IMG/VR virus record: IMGVR_UViG_3300013094_004547
Coordinates: 1-64,000 of that record
Reading direction: 5' to 3' (one strand)
Length of the DNA: 64,000 nucleotides
From: a virus
Shown here: positions 1-8,959 of the stretch, piece by piece
Numbering within the stretch: position 1 is the stretch's first letter
Layout: every line of letters starts with the position of its first letter
The notes under the pieces: generated by a model
Seen by the model: the letters and a program-made list of their open reading frames with translations, nothing else
Told to the model about the DNA's origin: nothing
Database searches by the model: none
Program-made: the position numbers and the translations under genes

Positions 1-38
1 GACTGGAGATCGTCCCGGTACCGGGTCCCGGCGTGCCG

Positions 39-1514
39 TTAAGGCATGATCGGCGGGTGGTAGGTCAGCGTGAAAGCGAGCGCCCAGAGCAGGAACAGAA
101 CCAGCGGCAGGTGCACGATCAGCTGCAGGAAGCTGAAACCGACGATGTCGCGCGCCTTCAGGCCGAGGATACCAACCAACGGCAGCATCCAGAACGGGTT
201 GATCAGGTTCGGCAGCGCCTCGGCGGCGTTGTAGATCATCACCGCCCAGCCGAGATGAACCTTCAGTTCGTTGGCGGCCTGCAGGACATAGGGCGCCTCC
301 AAGAGCCACTTGCCGCCGCCCGAGGGCACAAAGAAGCCGAGAATCGCCGAATAGACGCCCATCGTCAGCGGGAAGGTGCCGGTGGTGTTGAGGCTGACGA
401 AAGCGTGGGTGATGGCGTCGGACGCGGAGGCGCCGGCGGCGTTCTTCGGGCCGGTCAGCATGCCGCTGATCGCGGCGTAGAGCGGGTACTGGATCAGGAT
501 CCCGGCGGTGGCCGGCACGGACTTCGCGACCGCAACGAGGAAGCGCTTCGGCCGCCAGTGCAGCAGCAGGCCGAGGGTGAGGAACAGCAGGTTGTAAGTG
601 TTGAGGTTCGAGATCGCCACGATCCACGATTGGCGGGCGAATTCCTGCACGATCCAGCCGCCGGCGATGACCACGAGGAGGATCGTGAGGATCGGCGAGT
701 GCTCCAGCCACTCGCCGGGCTGGCGGGCAGGCGGAATGTCGTTCGTCTCCCGGGCGACGTCGACGCCGAGCGTGTCGGCGGTGACGGCCGTCTCGCGGCG
801 CGGCGCGGAGGCGTACGCGATGGCGATTGAGACGACGAACAGGATCGCGGCGACCAGCATCGATTGCCACAGGAAGATGGTCTCGCTGAACGGGATGACG
901 CCCGAGATGGCGAGGAGGTTCTTAGTCAGGCTCGCCGGGTTCGCCTGGAGCTGCGCCGCCGAGGAGCTGAGCCCCAACGCCCAGGTCGCGCCGAGCCCGA
1001 GATAGGCGGCCGCGCCTGCGGCCCGGTAATCCATGCGCAGGTCCGTGCGGCGGGCGAGCGCCCGCACCAGCAGGCCGCCGAAAATCAGGCTGAGGCCCCA
1101 GCTGATGAAGGAGGAGATCATCGTGGCGCCCGCTACGAACGCGACCGCGCCTCGTCCGGTCTTCGGGACCTGGGCGAGCCGCTCGATCAAAGCCTGGACG
1201 GGCGGCGACGTGGCCACGACGTAGCCGCCGATGGTGACAAAGGCCATCTGCATGGTGAAGGGGATCAGGCTCCAGAAGCCGTCCCCGAAGCTTTTCGCGA
1301 TTGCGGCCGGCTGAGCGCCGTTGGCGAGGGCACCCAGCGCGACGATCACCACCGCGATGGCGACGAAGATGAACGCGTCCGGAAACCAGCGCTCCGCCCA
1401 ATTCGTGAAGCGCACCCCGAGCCGTTCCAGGGAGCCCGCGGAGCCGTCGCTGCCGGGATCCGCCGCGGCAGCGCTGCCCTTGCGGATGGGGTTGGCCGGA
1501 ACGGTCGCCATCAA
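39..1514 (-). CDS. atoE: Short-chain fatty acid transporter, AtoE family (host gene)
   Basis: 491 aa polytopic membrane protein with family motifs PDAFIF, GFWSLIPFTMQM, FFVPSGGGKW, NLINPFWMLP. Confidence 0.9.
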   Translation of the reverse strand: MMATVPANPIRKGSAAAADPGSDGSAGSLERLGVRFTNWAERWFPDAFIFVAIAVVIVALGALANGAQPAAIAKSFGDGFWSLIPFTMQMAFVTIGGYVVATSPPVQALIERLAQVPKTGRGAVAFVAGATMISSFISWGLSLIFGGLLVRALARRTDLRMDYRAAGAAAYLGLGATWALGLSSSAAQLQANPASLTKNLLAISGVIPFSETIFLWQSMLVAAILFVVSIAIAYASAPRRETAVTADTLGVDVARETNDIPPARQPGEWLEHSPILTILLVVIAGGWIVQEFARQSWIVAISNLNTYNLLFLTLGLLLHWRPKRFLVAVAKSVPATAGILIQYPLYAAISGMLTGPKNAAGASASDAITHAFVSLNTTGTFPLTMGVYSAILGFFVPSGGGKWLLEAPYVLQAANELKVHLGWAVMIYNAAEALPNLINPFWMLPLVGILGLKARDIVGFSFLQLIVHLPLVLFLLWALAFTLTYHPPIMP

Positions 1515-2340
1515 ATTCCTCCGAGACCGACTCTAGCGGTCGGTCGCGGGAGGCAGGATGGCGCTGGCCGGAACGAACTCAAGTCGAAAACTGACGCGGG
1601 AGCGTAACAGCTTGGTGGAACTGTGAGCCGCGATTTCGGAACAAGACTCAAAGTTCCACCCGCGCTCTGCGCGAGGAGCCGTTATATTGCTCATTGCCGC
1701 TTCAAGCCCGTCAATCGCCGCCGATCCGTGGCTGGGCCGAGCCTTGACGTATCGGCAGCGGCGTTCTGCAGACCGGCAATGTGTGCTGCGATGGTCGATG
1801 CGATGTGAGGGCGTCTGCACTCCTTTGAATGTCCAGGATCAACGCGACACCCTCCATGACCCGTCATGGACCCGTCTTTCGCGTCGTCAAACATCCGCGC
1901 GTCTCAATTGATGGCGCTCGCCATTCCTGACCGGTTGTTCACCCAAGGCTTCGCCGTATCTCAAGTCGCTATCGATTTCGGGAGCTTTTCACGCCTGCTA
2001 TGCGGGCAACCTCGGGCAGCTTCGTCTCAGACGGCGCCCGGTTCAGCGCGCGGGTCTGTCCGATCAGTGTCGGGAAAGTCGTGACATCCTTCGGCAGCGT
2101 CGAAGCCGCTGCCCAGACCCTGTCCGGCGTCCATGTGATCGGTCGGAGCGTGCCGTGACGCATGCCGGAGATCACGGGACGAACGTTGTCCCAGATGGTC
2201 GCGGATCTAGAGCCAAGCGAAAGCAAGTCAGTTCTTATGCCGAAGGTTTCCGTCTGCCGCTGCCAAACTGAGGTGCGGAAGCGACGGCCGCGGCGACATG
2301 GTCGGCTGAGTTAGCTATCGGTCGCGAAACGCTGGAAGGG

Positions 2341-2414
2341 TGGCTGGGGGACCTGGATTCGAACCAGGACTAGAGGAGTCAGAGTCCACCGTTCTACCGT
2401 TAAACTATCCCCCA
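2341..2414 (-). tRNA. tRNA-Gln (anticodon CTG)
   Basis: Minus strand reads TGGGGGATAGTTTAACGGTAGAAC...CT-CTG-AC...GGTTCGAATCC...CCCCCAGCCA; 74 nt with T-loop and encoded CCA. Confidence 0.95.
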
Positions 2415-2590
2415 ATCGGCCAGAGGCCGGGTCCTACCGTCCCGTTGACGGCTTGGACCAGCTGCGCTGCTGTCAGCGGCGTCAGGCGTGGGCGGTGAGA
2501 TAGGCGGATTGATCTCTCAGGTCAACCGGTTGTTCGCCGGTTGACGCGGGATCGGCCGCGGCCGTAACCCTGGGGTCGCGGATGCCGTTG

Positions 2591-2680
2591 GGAAGGGTGG
2601 CCGAGTGGTTTAAGGCAGCGGTCTTGAAAACCGCCGTGGGGGCAACTCTACCGTGGGTTCGAATCCCACCCCTTCCGCCA
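2591..2680 (+). tRNA. tRNA-Ser (anticodon TGA), probable prophage integration site
   Basis: GGAAGGGTGGCCGAGTGGTTTAAGGC...GCGGT-CT-TGA-AA-ACCGC, long variable arm, GGTTCGAATCC, CCA end; 90 nt. Confidence 0.96.
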
Positions 2681-2721
2681 GCATGCGTTGTTTTTGCTGG
2701 GAAATTTCGCGCCGAGCCCGT

Positions 2722-2745
2722 TCTGCCCCACCATCTGCCCCACCA
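2722..2745 (+). repeat. Tandem 12-bp repeat TCTGCCCCACCA x2, probable tyrosine-integrase arm-type sites at attL
   Basis: Perfect tandem repeat 41 bp downstream of the tRNA CCA. Confidence 0.6.
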
Positions 2746-2759
2746 GCTGACGGGAATCG

Positions 2760-3026
2760 ATGGCCAAAGAGATCCCCTCCGTCGCCGACCTGCGCCGCAA
2801 GTCCGAGGTGTCGGACGACGAGATCGAGGCTGCGACCGCGGCCTACCTCGCGGACGCATCAGCCAAGCCCTTCGCCTTCAAGTCCGGACACACCATCGAC
2901 GTCGCCAAGGCGATCGAGATGCACCCGCAGGCCAAGAAGCTCCTGGCCGACAAAGCGACCACGCCCGGCCTGCGCCGCACGATGGTGCGAACTGCTGTCA
3001 TCCTGGGCTTCCCGGTCCAGGGATGA
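2760..3026 (+). CDS. Hypothetical protein (88 aa)
   Basis: High-GC3 codon usage; stop overlaps next start (ATGA). Confidence 0.7.
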   Translation: MAKEIPSVADLRRKSEVSDDEIEAATAAYLADASAKPFAFKSGHTIDVAKAIEMHPQAKKLLADKATTPGLRRTMVRTAVILGFPVQG

Positions 3027-3310
3027 GCGCGCGCATCGCCCTGGATGCTGATCGGCGGCACTGGTTCTACGACAATAAAGGGTTGGTGGCGCTGTTCTGC
3101 CTGCTGTCGGTGATCGCGATCTTTTGGCAGGTCAGTGTCTTCGAGGGCTTCGAGCCGATCTTCAAGTGCGGCAGCCGCGAAGGAATCGATGAGGAGGTCT
3201 TCTCATCCGGGATGCGGGCGTGCATGGCCGAGGCGGGCTCGCAGGCGGCGCAGGCCCGCTGCATCCACGTCGTCTATGTCCTGGCGTGTACCGACGAGAA
3301 ATGGCGTTGA
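3023..3310 (+). CDS. Hypothetical membrane protein (95 aa)
   Basis: ATG at 3023; hydrophobic stretch GLVALFCLLSVIAIFW; Cys-rich C-terminus. Confidence 0.6.
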   Translation: MSARIALDADRRHWFYDNKGLVALFCLLSVIAIFWQVSVFEGFEPIFKCGSREGIDEEVFSSGMRACMAEAGSQAAQARCIHVVYVLACTDEKWR

Positions 3311-3510
3311 GCAGTCCTGAGACTGACGTGCATCGCGAGCAGCTGCGCGAGCGCCTAGTGGTGCGCATGGGCGGCTTCATCCAGGGCATAGGTCTGAGCG
3401 TCGAGGAAGCGCGGGAGATTGTCGAGCGCGCGGTCGCTGACGACCCCGCAGCGGCCCCCGCCGACATCGAGGCGAAGGCGCGCGCCTGGATGCTGATCGC
3501 GCTGGCTTAA
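3301..3510 (+). CDS. Hypothetical protein (~69 aa)
   Basis: Overlaps previous stop; protein-like composition. Confidence 0.55.
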   Translation: MALSSPETDVHREQLRERLVVRMGGFIQGIGLSVEEAREIVERAVADDPAAAPADIEAKARAWMLIALA

Positions 3511-3554
3511 AGGTCTTTCTGGTGGGCCAGGCAAAGAGATGACGGAGCAGCGCC

Positions 3555-4067
3555 ATGACGCCAGCCGAGTACGTCCAGGTGGTCGTGCTGCCGACGGTGC
3601 GAGAGTTCATGGCGAAGCCCGACGATCGACGGCTGGTGTACCTTTCAGCGATCGCTGCTTTCCACGTTTCTGACTACCTGCTGCGCGCCGCCCCGGCATC
3701 AACCAAGCCTGAAGTCGAGCTCAAGCGTATCCGCGATGTCCTGCGGTCGGATCTGACATTCTGGTACGATGCGATCGAGGGCATGGCGAACGGCGCCAAG
3801 CACTGCGGCAGAGATCGCAACCGCGGTGCGCCGTTCATGCCCGGCGATGAGGAATACGTGCCGCCGTTCGGTTTCGGTGAAGGATTTGGCGGGTTCGGTC
3901 AGGGGCGCTGGGACAGGCCCGGTCTCCTCGTGCCAGCTGGGGGCGGACAGATTTTCGTCGACAATGCCTTAAGCTATTTCCTGTTGGCCTGCGCGCGACA
4001 CTTCCCTGATCACATCCCGGATATCCAACCTTCGGATTGGGACCCAAAGTTCAGGCCGGTTGGCTAA
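3555..4067 (+). CDS. Hypothetical protein, possible HEPN-like fold
   Basis: GGAG RBS; 170 aa; helical N-half with AFHVSDYL and ANGAKH motifs. Confidence 0.7.
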   Translation: MTPAEYVQVVVLPTVREFMAKPDDRRLVYLSAIAAFHVSDYLLRAAPASTKPEVELKRIRDVLRSDLTFWYDAIEGMANGAKHCGRDRNRGAPFMPGDEEYVPPFGFGEGFGGFGQGRWDRPGLLVPAGGGQIFVDNALSYFLLACARHFPDHIPDIQPSDWDPKFRPVG

Positions 4068-4070
4068 TAC

Positions 4071-4247
4071 ATGATTGGCAACGGCATCGACCCCGTCCTA
4101 GACGCCGTCGCCGCGCTGCGGGCCGTCGGCGTTGTCGTGTTGCCGATCGGCGACGCGTTGGCGCGCTGGCCGATCGGCTGCTTCACCTTCTCCGACGCCG
4201 CGCTGCTGCGGCTGGCCGAGAGCCGTGGGCTCGTTCAGGCGTCGTAG
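4071..4247 (+). CDS. Small hypothetical protein (58 aa)
   Basis: MIGNGIDPVLDAVAALRAVG...; starts 3 nt after previous stop; below the ORF-track cutoff. Confidence 0.5.
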   Translation: MIGNGIDPVLDAVAALRAVGVVVLPIGDALARWPIGCFTFSDAALLRLAESRGLVQAS

Positions 4248-4255
4248 CGAAGCCG

Positions 4256-4507
4256 ATGCCGGAGCAGCCTTCACCCCGGGGGGCGCGGCCGCGTCGGGAC
4301 ATCCGGCCGCGCGTGCTGGCGGCCCTCACGCCCGAACCGTCGACCGCTACCGAGATCGCCGAGCGTGCCGGGCTGCCGGGTCGAGAGCGGACACTGCATG
4401 CGAGCCGCGCGCTGGTGAGGCTCGCGGCGGATGGGCTCGCCGTCAGGAGCGGGACGCCGCAGGTGCCGCGCTGGAGTTCAGCTGCGGCCGCTCCCGCTTC
4501 TGGATGA
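4256..4507 (+). CDS. Small winged-helix DNA-binding protein
   Basis: VLAAL...TATEIAERAGL...ASRALVRLAADGLA HTH pattern. Confidence 0.55.
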   Translation: MPEQPSPRGARPRRDIRPRVLAALTPEPSTATEIAERAGLPGRERTLHASRALVRLAADGLAVRSGTPQVPRWSSAAAAPASG

Positions 4508-4925
4508 TCCGCGCCCGGTCCCGAAGGGTAACCTCGTGCGCTGGCCATTCCAGGCAGGCCGCATCGAACGCGGCGATCGCCACACGCAGCGGGTAGATCG
4601 TGGCGAGATGCAGCTCGATGCATCCGCCGGTCGGCTTCCAAATTTCGATGGTGTAGGGGACGCCCGGCGGCACGGGCGGAACCTGCTTCACGGGCTGCGG
4701 CAGAGTGATCGCGGCAAGGCAGAGGTGCTCGTACTTCCGCGCGGGCGCCGCCCCGGGCGAACGCTGGTAGCGGCATGAGGCCGTCAGATGCCGCAGGAGG
4801 TCGGTCGTCGAAATGTCAGGCCCGAACCGCTCGATGAGGCTGGCGATGCTGTAGCGGCCCGAGCGCTTGCAGGATGCGCAATCGACCCATACTCGACCGG
4901 GTTGCACATCACCCAGGCGCCCCAT
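4443..4925 (-). CDS. Zn-ribbon hypothetical protein, LexA-box preceded
   Basis: Start MGRLGD with GGAG RBS; CASC plus later Cys pair. Confidence 0.7.
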   Translation of the reverse strand: MGRLGDVQPGRVWVDCASCKRSGRYSIASLIERFGPDISTTDLLRHLTASCRYQRSPGAAPARKYEHLCLAAITLPQPVKQVPPVPPGVPYTIEIWKPTGGCIELHLATIYPLRVAIAAFDAACLEWPAHEVTLRDRARIIQKRERPQLNSSAAPAASRS

Positions 4926-4944
4926 TCTGGTGCTCCCCGCTTGC

Positions 4945-4959
4945 GAACAAGTGTGGAAC
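4945..4959 (-). promoter_or_regulatory. Alphaproteobacterial LexA (SOS) box
   Basis: GAAC-AAGTGTG-GAAC matches the GTTC-N7-GTTC consensus; 19 bp upstream of the start at 4925. Confidence 0.75.
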
Positions 4960-5097
4960 AAACCTGATGCAGTAGGAGTGTTCAACCGGTGAGGGCGAGG
5001 GTGGCTGAAATCGCGGTGGAGCGGTGTGGATGACGCGGCAAACCGTGTGTGAGATCAGGCGCTTGCTCTGCCCCAACGCCCGTCATTCGAGGGTGTC

Positions 5098-5325
5098 ATG
5101 ACCGATGCGCAGAAGGCCTACCTTCAGGCGCTGGTCGATGTGCGATCATGGCATCGGTGGCAGATTGGCCAGAGCGTTGGTGATGCCCGGACCATGCAGG
5201 CGCACGAGATGGCGGTCGCATGGCTCGACCAGCTGATCGCCACGAAGAAGCAGCACGCGATCGAGGATGAGGAAGATCGGCGTGCCAGCCGTGCGAACAC
5301 CCAGCCAGGCACGCGGGGCACATGA
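5098..5325 (+). CDS. Hypothetical protein (75 aa)
   Basis: GAGGG RBS, ATG, plausible codon usage. Confidence 0.55.
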   Translation: MTDAQKAYLQALVDVRSWHRWQIGQSVGDARTMQAHEMAVAWLDQLIATKKQHAIEDEEDRRASRANTQPGTRGT

Positions 5326-5338
5326 CCTTCAGATGACG

Positions 5339-5599
5339 TCAGCAGCCGATGCAGACGTGCGGATCCCACTTCGGCAGGGGCTTGAGCGGCGGCAGCGGCC
5401 TGACCACCGGAGCGCTGGCGGTCACAGTTTGCTCAGGCAGAGTGACCACAGCTGTCTCGCGACCCACCGCACTGATCGGTTCGGCCGCGAGGGACGTCGA
5501 CGTATCGATGCTACCCGTCTGCTCGGGGTCGGAAGCATGCGCGGCGCAGAAGCTCAGCGAGGCGGCGATAGCTGCGATGATCAGGCGGCGGGTGTTCAT
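5339..5599 (-). CDS. Small secreted protein
   Basis: Signal peptide MNTRRLIIAAIAASLSFCAAHA; C-terminal CIGC. Confidence 0.6.
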   Translation of the reverse strand: MNTRRLIIAAIAASLSFCAAHASDPEQTGSIDTSTSLAAEPISAVGRETAVVTLPEQTVTASAPVVRPLPPLKPLPKWDPHVCIGC

Positions 5600-5758
5600 G
5601 GCTCTGCTCCGCCGGCACAACGTGGCATCAGAGGTCGGGTTCGGGTGCGCGCGATGCAAAAACAGCGCACCCCCACGAGCTCGTAAATACGCCAGTATCG
5701 TCTTCGTCGAGCGGACCGATTAGGGCCCAAGCATGCGGCCGAGGGATTAGGGGCAGCA

Positions 5759-6128
5759 TCAGCGTGCCCGCCCAGCGAACTCCCAAATCGGTACGCCCGA
5801 CGCCTGACCCCTCAGCGGCCGGTAGCCCGACGTCTGTGCGAACGCCACGCGATCGGCATGGACCGCCTGGACCGAGCCCGAACCTAGCATCAGGACGCCG
5901 CAGGAATCCACGCGTAGCGTGCCGCTCGTCGGATGCACGCCGAACAGCTCGGGCGCGGTCCAGCAAAGCCGGTGCGCCTCGGCGCCGTGCTGGTCGAGGA
6001 AGGCCAGCGCGTTCCCTCGCATCACCTTCCACTTGGCCGGAGCGAGCCTACCGGCACGGCGAGGCGTGCTCGGACAGGCGCTCGATCTGGTCGCGCCAGG
6101 AGGCGGCGGTGGGCGGGAGGTCGGGCAT
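5759..6128 (-). pseudogene. Frameshifted hypothetical gene
   Basis: MPDLPPTAASWRDQIERLSEHASPCR ends at TAG near 6048; protein-like sequence continues in another frame as LAPAKWKVMRGNALAFLDQHG. Confidence 0.55.
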
Positions 6129-6174
6129 GGCTACCTGTCTACCGTTCATCGGGCGGCGAGCGCAGACGCGCGCT

Positions 6175-7155
6175 TCAGGCCGCTTTGGTCCCGATCAAGA
6201 AGTTGCCGGAGGCCAGCTCGGAAATTGCGGCCTCATCCAAAGCATTCAGAAACCGCCACCACGTATCACCTTGACGATCAAGCGCGATGAGATCGCGTGC
6301 TGACATGCTCAAGAACTCTTGGCGCAATGCGCCGTCCGGCAGGCGCGCGGCTAACGCTCCGAGGATCCACTGGACTGTATAGGCCGGTGTTTGGTTGACC
6401 TCGGTCGTGCATGCTTCAACGACAAAGCCCGCATCTTCAAATACACTCGTGAGACCCTCACGCGTGGCGTTGAAAAAATGAGACGGGTACCCGTGGACAG
6501 GCTGCAGGAAAGGCCAATCGATAAAGACTTTTCCGCCTGGTTTCAGCATACGCCGCATTTCTGACACGACTTGCCAGGGCTTTCGGGTGTGTTCAAGAAC
6601 TGCAAAGCATCCGATGCCATCGAGGGCGCTGTCTCTGATAGGATACAAGCAGTTTGGTTCGACGATCAAATCCGCAGATCGGGACTTGTAAACTTCAACA
6701 TATAAGCAATTGTCGAACGTGCGCTTGCGATATCCGCACCCCAGGTCGAGATATAGTTTGCCCGGGTTCAGCGCCAATTCGTGTTCCCAGGAGCTATACG
6801 CATCATTTGCGCTTTCGCAGGCATAATCGCTTAATTCATGATAGCTCTCTGAAGTTACGATGGGAAATTTTGCGCTGGGGTGATTATCGTAGGGTGCAAT
6901 CAACAATGACCGAAACCGGTAGTATTTATTCTGACGGTCGGACGGATACCCCACATACTGCCGTCTATCTTCTGTTCGGCCGTGCAGTTCAAAATGCGCG
7001 CGAGCCGAAAAACCAGCTTCAGCGACATCCGGATTAGCGGCAAGATAACCTGCTGCGCTGAAATTTTCTTCCGTCGGAATTTCCGTTTCTTGCACTGTGG
7101 TCATCGCCGGCAACCAAATGCGAAACTCGACCATGCTCATTTTGCAAAAGAGCAC
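6175..7155 (-). CDS. Class I SAM-dependent methyltransferase (accessory gene; start may be 7104)
   Basis: LDLGCG motif I, AVLEH, MRRMLKPGG; N-terminal YLAANPDV motif; visibly lower GC than flanks. Confidence 0.85.
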   Translation of the reverse strand: MLFCKMSMVEFRIWLPAMTTVQETEIPTEENFSAAGYLAANPDVAEAGFSARAHFELHGRTEDRRQYVGYPSDRQNKYYRFRSLLIAPYDNHPSAKFPIVTSESYHELSDYACESANDAYSSWEHELALNPGKLYLDLGCGYRKRTFDNCLYVEVYKSRSADLIVEPNCLYPIRDSALDGIGCFAVLEHTRKPWQVVSEMRRMLKPGGKVFIDWPFLQPVHGYPSHFFNATREGLTSVFEDAGFVVEACTTEVNQTPAYTVQWILGALAARLPDGALRQEFLSMSARDLIALDRQGDTWWRFLNALDEAAISELASGNFLIGTKAA

Positions 7156-7518
7156 GGTATTGCTTCGTGATTACCCCCGACGCGAGCTTGTGCAATCAAG
7201 TAGTAAACAGGGTATTAAAATCAACCAAAAATTGTAGTGGGGCCTTCGTTGGGCAGATCCATCCCGTTGCAAGCCTGAGAAATTCCAGCTTGATCAGGGC
7301 TTTCGCGTGCAGCGCTACATGGGCGTTCGATGCGCTGGAGATCACTCTGGCCAGTCAGACGGTGCGCGACGCAGATCCGAATGTTTGGTAGCCAGCAGGA
7401 GCTCCACCCGCTCGGCCCCGCCCCGATCTGCTCACGGGGCGGGGGAGCGTCCGATCTCACCAGCGTGTGCGCCGAGCCGATACGCAACGCGGCTCGGGGC
7501 CAAGATGCAAGACGGATG

Positions 7519-7761
7519 TTACCGCACCGTCCCCGCGCGCAGATCGTCGCCGTTCCAGGCCGGGACCGGCGGTATCAGCGGAACCACCGGCATACTGGCG
7601 ACCAGCAACGCGATCATGGCAGCGCGTGAGCTCAGCATGATCGCGGGCGGTTCGCCGGTGATGGTTCGCCAAGCTGCGACGAAAGCTTCGGCGGGCATGG
7701 AGGCCAGCGTGTCGATCGAGTGAATGGGGTAATCCGCAGTGCCAGGCGCGGGCGTGTCCAT
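7519..7761 (-). CDS. Hypothetical protein (80 aa)
   Basis: GGAG RBS; AWRTITGEPPAIML core. Confidence 0.6.
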   Translation of the reverse strand: MDTPAPGTADYPIHSIDTLASMPAEAFVAAWRTITGEPPAIMLSSRAAMIALLVASMPVVPLIPPVPAWNGDDLRAGTVR

Positions 7762-7837
7762 GCATCTCCAACAGGCTCAGATTGCTTTGTGCCGTGACGC
7801 TTTCCCAAGAAGATGAATCAGGCGTTCCGGCTCGCGC

Positions 7838-8094
7838 AAAAAAGCCCGCCGCGGCGAACCGGGCGGGCTGAGTTTCCATCGGGGTTTCGAAGGTTGCACC
7901 GTAGCTGAGCCTAATACCGATTCGCGTCCCTCGTTTGGATGAGGCGAACGCGCACGAAAAGACCCGCCGCGGCAGTGAGCCGGACGGGCCTTCCCGGATA
8001 AAGCCTTCAGAGGGATCAGTCGGCCGAATCCAGACGACAAGGATACCTCGGATAGGACCGATGAAAAGCCCCGGGCGGCTGAGCCGGCGGGGCT
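7838..8094 (-). terminator. Three related GC hairpins with U-tracts (7838-7869, 7957-7992, 8064-8094) ending the late/lysis operon
   Basis: For example AAAAAAGCCCGCCGCGG-CGAA-CCGGGCGGGCT on + strand; two similar copies follow. Confidence 0.6.
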
Positions 8095-8163
8095 GAAACA
8101 ACGAATGGCGCCCCGGCCGTAGCCAGGGCGCCGAGAGTGGTGTGAGTAGGGTGTGAAGCAGCG

Positions 8164-8787
8164 CTACCGGCGCGCCGGCACCCGAGCATCTCGCTCCAGC
8201 TCGTCGATCCGGCGTTGCATGCCCTGGATTGTGTCCCGCGGGGTGTTGAGGTCGTACAGACCCTGCCGGTTCTGATCGGCCTGGCGCTGAAGATCCGCGT
8301 CGCGGGCGCGCTGGGCCGCCCACATCTGCTCGTGCTCCCCGCGCGGGACCACCTGCTTGGCGATCGCATCGATATCGCGCTCGACCCGCTCGACGCGGTT
8401 ATCGGTCAGGCGTTGGAGATCGTCCCGGCGCTGCGTGACGACGTTGAAGCGCGTGTCGAGGTCCTCGCGCGGGACGTAGCGCTGGGCCGACGACTCCACC
8501 TTCGCGATCGCCAGCTCCAGCCGGCCCTGGCCCTGGTTGATCCAGGTGAAACCCATCGTGCCGAGGGAGCCCATCACGCCCAGCAGGATCGCGATCGGCT
8601 GCCAGTTGATGGTCGATCGAGCCTTCACATCCGAGGTTAGCGCCGCGAACCCGCGTTCGACCGATCCCGTGAGGGAGGCGAGCCCAGCGGTGAGGCCGGC
8701 GACGTCTTTCTCGACCCGGACGAGCCGCTCGGCGTAATCGCCAGCCATATGCGGCTGCATCTGCTGTTGCTGGACGTTCTGGGTCAT
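8164..8787 (-). CDS. Single-TM coiled-coil protein, last gene of the lysis region
   Basis: TM WQPIAILLGVMGSLGTMGFTWI flanked by coiled coils. Confidence 0.7.
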   Translation of the reverse strand: MTQNVQQQQMQPHMAGDYAERLVRVEKDVAGLTAGLASLTGSVERGFAALTSDVKARSTINWQPIAILLGVMGSLGTMGFTWINQGQGRLELAIAKVESSAQRYVPREDLDTRFNVVTQRRDDLQRLTDNRVERVERDIDAIAKQVVPRGEHEQMWAAQRARDADLQRQADQNRQGLYDLNTPRDTIQGMQRRIDELERDARVPARR

Positions 8788-8924
8788 CGTCTGGCCCCCA
8801 AGGCCGGAGAGCCGCGCGCCGGTGTTCCGGTCGCGCGTTGTGTTGCAGATCCGGCCTCTCGTGAGAGACAAGCTGGTTTGTGTTCGGTGGACGAGAGGCG
8901 ACCGAGCCCGCCTGAGGGACCGGG

Positions 8925-8949
8925 AAGCCCGTGAAACTTTCACGGGCTT
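8925..8949. promoter_or_regulatory. 25-bp palindrome AAGCCCGTGAAA-C-TTTCACGGGCTT, putative protein-binding site
   Basis: Perfect dyad with 1-bp centre; 21/25 identical to 56083-56107. Confidence 0.6.
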
Positions 8950-8959
8950 GGCGGGCCGG

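Noticed and set aside
1533-2330. Short ORFs between atoE and tRNA-Gln
   Set aside because: No recognisable motifs or consistent codon bias; possibly a decayed remnant, but not supportable
2582-3022. 5' part of the 242-aa ORF 2582-3310
   Set aside because: Runs through tRNA-Ser and another gene; only the part from ATG 3023 looks real
8925-8949. Palindrome as a serine-recombinase crossover site, canonical parS or terminator
   Set aside because: The 1-bp centre does not fit the 2-bp overlap of serine recombinases; the half-sites are arranged opposite to parS (TGTTTCACGTGAAACA); no loop or U-tract
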